Below, piece after piece: positions 1 to 6,884 of a DNA stretch of 11,232 nt. Origin of the DNA: Candidatus Wukongarchaeum yapensis (GTDB lineage: Archaea > Asgardarchaeota > Wukongarchaeia > Wukongarchaeales > Wukongarchaeaceae); NCBI GenBank assembly GCA_016840425.1, contig JAEOSI010000056.1, positions 1 through 11,232 on the forward strand, in the 5' to 3' direction. The translations under genes and the position numbers were made by a program. Position 1 is the first letter of the stretch. Every line of letters starts with the position of its first letter. The notes beneath the pieces were generated by a model, which had not been told where the DNA came from, made no database searches, and saw only the letters and a list, made by a program, of their open reading frames with translations.

Positions 1-853
1 AGAAGTATCTAAAACTCCCCTTCAAGTTAAAAGTTAGGTGGAAAGGACAGAACAGGGGGAAGGAAAGCAAGGTCGCTTAGAAATACGTTATGATAACCTC
101 TCAAGGCGATGGTATGCCTATATGCCAGTGGAGGTAAAACCCCTACATCAACCAAAAGGAGACAAAAAGAAGAGGGCGTACGTTGACTTGGGGATCATAA
201 ACATCATAACCAGCTGGATAGAAGAAGAAAAAGGGCCAGAAATATATTCCGGGAGAAGCGCTTTAAGCGACTGGTGGTACTGGAATAGAAAAATAGGAGA
301 ACATCAAAGCATAATAGAGAGAAACGGAAAAACAAAAAGAACATCAAGACAACTAAAGAGATTGTTTAAGAAGAGGCAGAAAAGGTTTAGACACTTGATA
401 AACACGATAATAGCGAGATTTGTCAAAAACTGCTGGGAAAAAGGAGTGTCAGAAATCGTTATAGGAGACGTAACACACATAAGAGAAAACAGTAGAAAGA
501 AAGAGAAAAGGAGAAAAGCTAGCGCGATGATAAACAACTTTTGGTCTTTTAGATACATCTACGAAAGACTAAGAACAACGGCAGAAAACTGCGGAATAAA
601 GATGAAGAAAAAGGAGGAGAAATACACATCTAAGACATGCTCTCTTTGCGGGAAAATACATCGAAACGGTAGAAAGCATAGGGGACTATACGTTTGTAAA
701 ACACATAGAGTAACGATGAATGCAGATGTTAACGGTGTAGCGAACATAGCTAACCCGATATTCCCGAAGCCCTACTGGGATAGGGATAACTGGCTGGTGG
801 CACAGCCACTGCTCCACAAAACAAAAATAGGAGTAGGAACCCCACAACTTTAG
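1..853 (+). pseudogene. tnpB: TnpB RNA-guided nuclease, 5'-truncated by the window edge, apparent 1-nt frameshift near 56
   Basis: RuvC-I VDLG (D at 185), IVIGD at the RuvC-II position, EKYTSKTCSLC zinc finger with CKTH, RuvC-III NAD (D at 725). Frame 3 (3-56) reads KYLKLPFKLKVRWKGQNR and frame 2 continues EGKQGRLEIRYD, so the GTG at 38 is probably not the real start. Confidence 0.88.
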
Positions 854-886
854 TTGTGGGAGGATGTCAGCCCTGCTTTCAAGTTT
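760..886 (+). ncRNA. Predicted TnpB omegaRNA (scaffold overlapping the tnpB 3' end, guide starting at 871); 5' boundary uncertain
   Basis: Consecutive hairpins CCCTA/TAGGG (770-785), TGGCTG/CAGCCA (791-808), CTGCTCC/GGAGTAG (809-837) and the RE hairpin (841-860). Position matches the known omegaRNA location in IS200/IS605 elements. Confidence 0.6.
807..870 (+). repeat. 64-bp right-end repeat, copy 1
   Basis: 63/64 identical to 3412-3475; the only difference is G811 vs A3416. Confidence 0.97.
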
Positions 887-916
887 TATGGGAGGAAAAA
901 AGGAGCATTGTTTTGT

Positions 917-1516
917 TTATTGTTGTTGTTGTTCTGCGGCTTCTACGTATTTTATGATCATTTTGCCGAGAAGTTCAAAGGCTCGTTCTACGTTTTCCCC
1001 TGTTTTTGCCGAGGTTTCTAGGTAGGGTATTTCGAAGCCGTAGGGGCGGGTTACTTCGGAAAGTTGTACTGCGTAGGATTGTCCATGTTCTGGTCTTAAA
1101 GTGCGGGGTACTTGGTTTCTTAGGTCTATTTTGTTTCCTGCGAGTATGAATGGTGTGACGCCTCGTCCGTTATTTTTCCATAGTTCGTTGATCCAGTTTG
1201 GGATGTCTTGGAAGCTGTCGGTGTTGGTGACATCGTACATAACGATGGCGCCTAAAGCGCCTTTATAGTAGCCTTCTCTTACAACTTGGAATCTTACTTG
1301 ACCTGCGAGGTCCCATACTTGGTATTTGCAGGTTATGGGGTTCTTGTTGGTTTTTATTTTTATTATTTTGACGCTGAAGTCCGCGCCGATGGTCATGAGG
1401 TATTGGCCTGTGAAGCCTTCGCCTATCCATCTTTTTCTGAGGGAGGTTTTTCCTACGGCACCGTCGCCTAAAAGCACGACTTTTACTAGCATGTCTACTT
1501 GTTCTTTTTCATACAT
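917..1516 (-). CDS. Rab-like small GTPase (Ras superfamily), Asgard type, 199 aa
   Basis: G1 GDGAVGKT, G2 MTIGADF, G3 WDLAGQ, G4 NKID, G5 ETSAK. RabF-like IGADF, KYQVW, RFQVVR, YYKGA, VMYDVT. No C-terminal Cys. GAGGG RBS upstream. Confidence 0.93.
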   Translation of the reverse strand: MYEKEQVDMLVKVVLLGDGAVGKTSLRKRWIGEGFTGQYLMTIGADFSVKIIKIKTNKNPITCKYQVWDLAGQVRFQVVREGYYKGALGAIVMYDVTNTDSFQDIPNWINELWKNNGRGVTPFILAGNKIDLRNQVPRTLRPEHGQSYAVQLSEVTRPYGFEIPYLETSAKTGENVERAFELLGKMIIKYVEAAEQQQQ

Positions 1517-1892
1517 TAATGAATCCCTCGTTTATCGCTTTTCTTTGCTTTTTTGGAGACTTGGAAATTTTTTGATTTTAAAAAAATTTGTTAAGGTTCA
1601 AGGTGAGTGTTATTTGGTTGATGCAGTTATGGTGTGTTTTCTTTTGGATTAGTTTTTATCAGATTATTTTGTTTTCTTACTTTAGTTTTTTATTTATTGT
1701 ATTGTAATGATAAATGATAAATTTTTCTTGTTTTTTTCTTCACTTTTTTTGGGTTTTTTATTTTTGGATAAGTGGCTGGATAGTGGGGAGAATATTTATT
1801 TGTATTTTTACTTTTTCTTTTAATTTGTATAGATTGTGTTTTTGTTGTTTTTATAGGTGTATGTTTTTGTTTTTTGTGGATGGTGTGTTTTT

Positions 1893-3089
1893 ATGGATGA
1901 GGAAAAGGTTATGGTTCTTGGGTCTAGGTTGGCTTCATTTAGAAGTTCTTTAGTGAGATCTTTGGAGGAAGCGGTTCCTAAAAATTTGCTTATAGGGGCC
2001 TTTAAGAGCGCTCAAGAGTTGGGTTTTTCGGAGGAAGCTGTTTTTATTAAGGAGATTTTTGATGATCTTAGCTGGGTTCCTGACCCAACTTTTGAGGAGA
2101 GAAAGGCGATTTCCTTAAAAATTGAGAGGTTTGTGGAAAGTTTTAGTGGGAAGTTGGAGGGTGTTATGAGAAGTGTTTTTGAGATCTCTTTTAAGAGTGC
2201 AGAGGCTTTAGAGATTGTGGAAAAACTGTTAGGGGGAGGAGGGGAAGGATTGAGGGTTTTACCGGAACTTTTGGGGAAAATAGGGTTTCACCTTAAAATT
2301 TTAGGTTTTCATGAAACGAGCGAGGAGGTCGCTGAACTGAAAGGGAGGATAGGTTATGGAGAAGAAGGGGATAAGCTGGCTTATTATTATCTTTTTGATT
2401 TTTTAAGACGGGTTCCTTTTGATATGTTGGGTCGGATTATCAGGAGGGCGGAGGATGGTGAGATAGAGTTTCCTCGAGGGATTGATTCTTGGCTTCTTTT
2501 AGGGCTTTTTCTTTCACGTTTAATGCATTTAAAGGGCGAGGAGGATTTCCCTTGGATCCTTTATAACGTATCGTTTACGGTTAAGTTGACGGAAAAAACA
2601 GGCTTTAGTGGGGAAGATTTTGGGAAAAACTTTGCCCGTTTAAGAGATATTCAGAAATCTTACAACACTTCAGGAAAAACCTTGCCTCGGGAAACTCCGT
2701 CTTCAGTAAGATCGGTTCTTCCTATGGTTACTAGGGATATTGAGAACTTTTACAAAAAACTTGAAAAAGATAAGCCGGATAAGAAGGCAGAAGCCTTAAT
2801 TTTAGGGGATAATTGCGGAAAAATGCTCGAAATTCTTAGAAGGCTCAAGGAAGGAAGAACTAGAGAAAACTTGGGAATGATACCCTTACTTTTAAAAGAT
2901 ACGATTAAGCTCATGGAATCCCTTAGGATCAGCCCAAGAATGATTGAGAAAATAGCGCTCTTAGAAAGATCGCTTGCCCCTCGCAAACCCCAGCTAGAGG
3001 CCTTTCTTACAAAGCATGAAGAGAGAGAAAGAATTTCTGAAGAAGTTTTTCAAATCTTTGCAAAAACTTTAGGCTTCCTTAAAATCTAA
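1893..3089 (+). CDS. Hypothetical soluble, probably all-alpha protein, about 398 aa
   Basis: Long E/K/L-rich ORF. Start moved from 1857 to ATG 1893 (GGTG 8 nt upstream; the extra N-terminal residues come from T-rich intergenic sequence). No motif recognised. Confidence 0.75.
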   Translation: MDEEKVMVLGSRLASFRSSLVRSLEEAVPKNLLIGAFKSAQELGFSEEAVFIKEIFDDLSWVPDPTFEERKAISLKIERFVESFSGKLEGVMRSVFEISFKSAEALEIVEKLLGGGGEGLRVLPELLGKIGFHLKILGFHETSEEVAELKGRIGYGEEGDKLAYYYLFDFLRRVPFDMLGRIIRRAEDGEIEFPRGIDSWLLLGLFLSRLMHLKGEEDFPWILYNVSFTVKLTEKTGFSGEDFGKNFARLRDIQKSYNTSGKTLPRETPSSVRSVLPMVTRDIENFYKKLEKDKPDKKAEALILGDNCGKMLEILRRLKEGRTRENLGMIPLLLKDTIKLMESLRISPRMIEKIALLERSLAPRKPQLEAFLTKHEERERISEEVFQIFAKTLGFLKI

Positions 3090-3289
3090 AACCTTGAAAA
3101 TCTTATAAATACTACTATATATCTCCCTCTCTGCTAAAAGGGAACTTCTCGGTGAATAAGTTAAAAAGACGGTATATGGAGGAGGACGGAAGATTTACAA
3201 AAAATATCGCAGAAAGCCAACGGCTTCTTTAGTCGTTGTTGGATGAACGCAATAGGGCTAGCATAATAAATTATTATTTGTGCTTTTAT

Positions 3290-3435
3290 ATGAGAATTGA
3301 TACAAGTTTAAGTGAGGAAGAGGGTGAAAAGAGTATCCAGACAAGAGGGGTTTAAAGCTGAAAAGAGCTATTACAGAACTCATCAGAAAGGGGTTAGAGT
3401 GTGAGAAGAGTCACTACTCCACAAAACAAAAATAG
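3290..3435 (+). pseudogene. Frameshifted small ribbon-helix-helix (CopG-like) ORF inside the mini-element
   Basis: ATG 3290 gives MRIDTSLSEEEGE; the -1 frame from 3328 gives KEYPDKRGLKLKRAITELIRKGLECEK. Joined, this has a strand-helix-helix pattern. Palindrome ATAATAA-A-TTATTAT lies upstream (3263-3277). Confidence 0.45.
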
Positions 3436-3475
3436 GAGTAGGAACCCCACAACTTTAGTTGTGGGAGGATGTCAG
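3412..3475 (+). repeat. 64-bp right-end repeat, copy 2
   Basis: 63/64 identical to 807-870. Confidence 0.97.
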
Positions 3476-3488
3476 TGTTTGTTTTGTA

Positions 3489-3878
3489 CTATTTTTCTCC
3501 TCCTTTGAAGGGGAAGCCTCCGAAGAATCCGGGAAAGCCTTTAGGTAAGCTTAACGTGAAGCTGGGTCCTTTTTCATCTCTTGTTTCTCTTACTTTTGAG
3601 AGGCGGAAGAGGTGGAATTCGTCTAGGAAATTTTCTAGTTTTTCGATGAGGGGTATTATGCAGTCAACATCCCCTATGAGGAATCCTAGGAATCCGTGCT
3701 TTTGATCCTCTTCTTTTATTTGGGTAGTGTCTGTTTGAAAGCCGTCAAAATCCGTATGTGGGATGTTTGTGTCAACGCATTGTCTTATAATATCTACTAA
3801 TTTTTCGTTTGTAACCCCTTTTAACGGGAATCTGAAAACGGCGATCCATTTTTCTTGATGTGGTGTCATTTTCTCCAT
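3489..3878 (-). CDS. Hypothetical protein, 129 aa
   Basis: Protein-like composition, GAAGGT RBS-like motif upstream, co-oriented with the padR and sdpI-like genes. No motif recognised. Confidence 0.7.
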   Translation of the reverse strand: MEKMTPHQEKWIAVFRFPLKGVTNEKLVDIIRQCVDTNIPHTDFDGFQTDTTQIKEEDQKHGFLGFLIGDVDCIIPLIEKLENFLDEFHLFRLSKVRETRDEKGPSFTLSLPKGFPGFFGGFPFKGGEK

Positions 3879-4052
3879 AATAAAAACCTTCTAAATAATA
3901 ACAAAAACAAATTATTCAATTTACCTTATTTTTTTCTTTATTTTTCTATTTTTTATTCTTATTTTTTGCTGATAAGGTTAAGAAAAATAGAAGATTTAAG
4001 ATACTTAAAACCTTTTAAAAAATGTTTTTTCTTTTCTTCTTTTTCATTTTTC

Positions 4053-4955
4053 TTATTCTTGGTTTTCTTTTTCTTCTTCTCCCTCTTCTTCCTCTTTCTT
4101 TTTTCTGAATTGGAATATTCGTTTTATGAACCATGTTATTGGGAGCATTATGATTATTATGATCATTGCTATTAGGGCCCAGAAGGATATTATGTGTTCT
4201 TCTTGGAGGTCGTACCATATTAGGTCTGCTTGAAGCGGGATGAATATTGCGCAAATACCTGTGAACATTAAGCTTGCAAAACGTAGAGGGTCTGATCTTT
4301 CCATGCTTAGGCTTCCTCTGTGGAAAATCATGGGTCTTACTTTGCCAATCCAGATGAAGAGGAGGTTTAAGAGAGCGAAGGATAGGGCGAAGATGATCAT
4401 TATGCTTAAAGCAGTGAATTTGTCACTCCAACCGTCTGGATTTCCTCCAGTGTCAAAGTGGGTAGCCATGCGGGATGACAAGTCGTCATAATAAAAGAGG
4501 GACATCATGATCAAGATTGCGACGGGTATGAAGGGGGCTATGGCGAAAAATTTACTCACAGTGATGGGAGCCATGGGTTTGGAGTAAACGATTTCAACCT
4601 CTTCTGTAACTACTTTATATTTTTCTTTGTAGCCTTTTTCTTCGGCAATACGTGCAGCATACTTAAAACTTAAAACAAGCACAAAGCCTATTGCTACAAA
4701 TAGTAACACTAGGTAAACTCCGAAATATTTTGCTTCTTCTGGTAAGATGAGGGAGATAAAGGTGAGGATCAAAGCGCTATAAGTCATTATTTTGCCGCTG
4801 TAGATGTTTGAAAGATCCCATGCTTCCTTGCTTGATAGAGAATAGCCTATACGAAACCCAAACCAAGGATTGGGACCTATTTTTGGGGCGATAAACCACA
4901 TTGCCAATCCCGCAATAACAAGGGCCAAACTAATAATAACACCAAATAGTAACAT
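4053..4955 (-). CDS. Multi-pass membrane protein with an SdpI/YhfL-like domain followed by a DUF1648-like domain, 300 aa
   Basis: PNPWFGFRIGYSLSSKEAWDLSNIYSG (SdpI-like), DLSSRMATHFDTGGNPDGWSDK (DUF1648-like), several hydrophobic segments, charged C-terminal tail. Confidence 0.8.
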   Translation of the reverse strand: MLLFGVIISLALVIAGLAMWFIAPKIGPNPWFGFRIGYSLSSKEAWDLSNIYSGKIMTYSALILTFISLILPEEAKYFGVYLVLLFVAIGFVLVLSFKYAARIAEEKGYKEKYKVVTEEVEIVYSKPMAPITVSKFFAIAPFIPVAILIMMSLFYYDDLSSRMATHFDTGGNPDGWSDKFTALSIMIIFALSFALLNLLFIWIGKVRPMIFHRGSLSMERSDPLRFASLMFTGICAIFIPLQADLIWYDLQEEHIISFWALIAMIIIIIMLPITWFIKRIFQFRKKKEEEEGEEEKENQE

Positions 4956-5045
4956 TTTGAACCATCTCTTCCTTTTCTTCTCCTTTTTATCTTTCTTTTA
5001 ATTTTGTGTGCTTGTTTTTTTTTTGTGTTTGTTAGGTTTGTCATG

Positions 5046-5438
5046 TTATGTTTTTTCTTTCGAAATTTTTGTTATCAGGTTTGCTGTTTCTTTTACTTCT
5101 TGCAAAAGTTTTAAGCCCTCCTTTAGTACTATTTCTCCGTTTTCTATTAGTTTGTAGCATTTTCTTGGTGGTCCCTCGGTTTGTTCGCTCCAATATGCTT
5201 TAAGCAGTTTTTTCTTTTCTAAATGTCTCAACAAGGGATAAATATTAGGGCTTAAGTCTATTTTTCCTTCACTCCATTTGGCGATGATTTCAGCTATTTC
5301 ATGGCCATTTGCCGATTTTTTATGTTTTATTGTTTGGAGGGTGAGAAGAATGTTTAGACTTGTTTTAAGCTCTTTATCAAGGGTTTTTAGAAATTTGTAA
5401 GCTTCTTTTTTGTGTTTTTTTCTTTCAGTGTTTTTCAT
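5046..5438 (-). CDS. PadR-family winged-helix transcriptional regulator, 130 aa
   Basis: NGHEIAEII..WSEG, IYPLLRHLEKKKLLKAYW, EGPPRKCYKLIENG match the PadR pattern. Confidence 0.88.
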   Translation of the reverse strand: MKNTERKKHKKEAYKFLKTLDKELKTSLNILLTLQTIKHKKSANGHEIAEIIAKWSEGKIDLSPNIYPLLRHLEKKKLLKAYWSEQTEGPPRKCYKLIENGEIVLKEGLKLLQEVKETANLITKISKEKT

Positions 5439-5496
5439 AGTTATCTCCCTTACTAGTTAATTTAGAGAGGGGGTTTTATGGGGTTTTCGAAATTTT

Positions 5497-5573
5497 GTTA
5501 AAAAAAGTTCTTTCGATTTTTTGAGGTCGTTAAAAAAAGTTTTATTGGATTATTTTGATAGTTAAACTTTTTT
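5497..5573. promoter_or_regulatory. Phased repeats in the padR / M20 divergent intergenic region (candidate operator array)
   Basis: GTTAAAAAAAGTT at 5497 and 5529, GTTAAACTTTTTT at 5561; exact 32-bp period. Confidence 0.4.
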
Positions 5574-5629
5574 ATTTTAGTGTTTGATTTTTGTCTTAGT
5601 GTATGTTTTCTTATAAGGGGTTTTTTATT

Positions 5630-6844
5630 ATGAATTTTATTGATGTTTCTGACGCGGTTTTTAAAGCGATTAATCGGGATAAGATTGTGAAGCTTACCCG
5701 GGATTTGATTCGTGCTGGTCCGATTACCGGCTTGGAGGAAGAGGCTGCAAATATTTTGGCAGATTTTTTTTGGGATGCCGGGATTGATGTTTGGCTTGAT
5801 GAGGCTTTGCCTGGGCGTCCGAATGTTGTTGCAAGGGTTAGCGGGGTGAAAGAGCAGGGTGACAGTGGAGCGGGAGCGCGTTCTTTTTTGTTTCATACGC
5901 ATATAGATGTGGTGCCTGTAGAGAATAGTGAGGAATGGGATTTTCCGCCTTTTGAGGGTGTTTTGAAGGATGGTAGGATTTATGGTAGGGGTGCTTGTGA
6001 TGATTTGGGTACGGTTGCTGCCGCCGCTGTCGCTTTGAAGGCTTTGTCGGAAGTGAAGGAGGTTTTGGAAAATTGTGCCGTGTATTTTGTGGGGGTTGTT
6101 GATGAAGAAAAGTTTAACCAGGGAGTTCGTCATCTTGTGAAGACGCCGTGGTTTAAGTATGTGGAGAGTTGTGTTGTTAGTGAACCTACGGGTCTTAAGG
6201 TTGTGATGGCGCATAAGGGTAACTGTTGGTTTAGGTTGCAGACTAAGGGTAAGGCGGCTCATGCTTCTTTTCCTGAGAAGGGTATTAATGCTATATTGAT
6301 GATGATGAAGCTTTTAGATAGGATTAAGGGATTGAGTTTTGATTACGAACCTCACCAATTTTTGGGTCCTCCTACGATTAATATCGGCACGATAAGGGGT
6401 GGCTTGAAGATTAATGTTGTTCCCGCGTTTTGCAATGCAGAAGTTGATATCCGTATTCCTCCTTCTCTTACTTCCGAAAACGTCATTGCGAAGATTTTGG
6501 AAAACATTGAAGCGTTAAAGAGAGAAGATCCTTCTTTTAAAGCGGATTTTGAGCCTTTATCTTTAAATCCTCCCTTTGAAATATCTGAAAAAGAGGATTT
6601 GGTCCAAGCATTAATTGATGCTTCAAGCTTTGTTTTGGGGAAAATGCCAGAAGTTGGAGGAATAAGCTTTTTCACTGAGGCTGCAATCATAAATAACGAG
6701 GCAAAGGTACCTTGCGTTGTTTTCGGCCCTACTGGAGAGCCTCACGCCTTAAACGAAAATGTAAGCGTTGAAGAACTGGAAAAAATAACGAAAATTCTCG
6801 CATTAACAGCGATAAAAAAGATAAGTAAAAGAAAGGAATTATGA
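5630..6844 (+). CDS. M20A metallo-amidohydrolase (ArgE/DapE family), probably N-acetylornithine deacetylase
   Basis: HTHIDVV, GRGACDDLG, DEE, SEPT and HALNE metal-binding motifs; next to argB/argH. Start set at ATG 5630 (AGGGGT upstream) rather than 5603. Substrate inferred from context only. Confidence 0.85.
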   Translation: MNFIDVSDAVFKAINRDKIVKLTRDLIRAGPITGLEEEAANILADFFWDAGIDVWLDEALPGRPNVVARVSGVKEQGDSGAGARSFLFHTHIDVVPVENSEEWDFPPFEGVLKDGRIYGRGACDDLGTVAAAAVALKALSEVKEVLENCAVYFVGVVDEEKFNQGVRHLVKTPWFKYVESCVVSEPTGLKVVMAHKGNCWFRLQTKGKAAHASFPEKGINAILMMMKLLDRIKGLSFDYEPHQFLGPPTINIGTIRGGLKINVVPAFCNAEVDIRIPPSLTSENVIAKILENIEALKREDPSFKADFEPLSLNPPFEISEKEDLVQALIDASSFVLGKMPEVGGISFFTEAAIINNEAKVPCVVFGPTGEPHALNENVSVEELEKITKILALTAIKKISKRKEL

Positions 6845-6884
6845 TTTGAGTTAAAATTTACGTTTAGATTTTGGGTTTTATTTT

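Larger units (their letters stand above)
1..870 (+). mobile_element. IS200/IS605-family (IS1341-like) tnpB element, 3' part; left end lies outside the window
   Basis: tnpB followed by right-end hairpin CCCACAAC-TTTA-GTTGTGGG (841-860), preceded by GAAC (837-840) and ending 10 nt later in TCAG (867-870). The same end recurs at 3412-3475. Confidence 0.9.
3199..3475 (+). mobile_element. Non-autonomous 277-bp internal-deletion derivative of the element-1 family
   Basis: Target TTAC (3195-3198), AAAG (3213-3216), left hairpin CAACGGCT/AGTCGTTG (3218-3238), and a right end nearly identical to element 1 ending in TCAG (3472-3475). Confidence 0.8.

Noticed and set aside
38-40. GTG at 38 as the tnpB start.
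   Set aside because: TnpB-like sequence continues upstream in frame 3, and 271 aa would lack the N-terminal domains.
868-883. The right-end-1 flank CAGCCCTGCTTTCAAG matches 10866-10881 inside mini-element 3 at 14/16, suggesting one element's guide targets the other.
   Set aside because: The site is preceded by ACAG, not the predicted TTAC TAM. Three of the matching bases belong to the element end, and the guide itself matches only 7 nt before the first mismatch. The match was found post hoc and may be chance.
917-931. (CAA)4 poly-Gln tail of the GTPase as a contingency repeat.
   Set aside because: Only four units, in frame and terminal; slippage would have little effect.
807-3475. The two 64-bp repeats as a CRISPR array or prophage att sites.
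   Set aside because: Only two copies 2.6 kb apart, no spacers, cas genes or integrase; fully explained as IS right ends.
908-3487. TTGTTTTGT downstream of both right ends (908-916, 3479-3487), complementary to the ACAAAACAA loop in the 64-bp repeat.
   Set aside because: Low complexity; similar A/C-rich tracts follow other minus-strand stops (e.g. 5010-5040), and the distances to the two ends differ.
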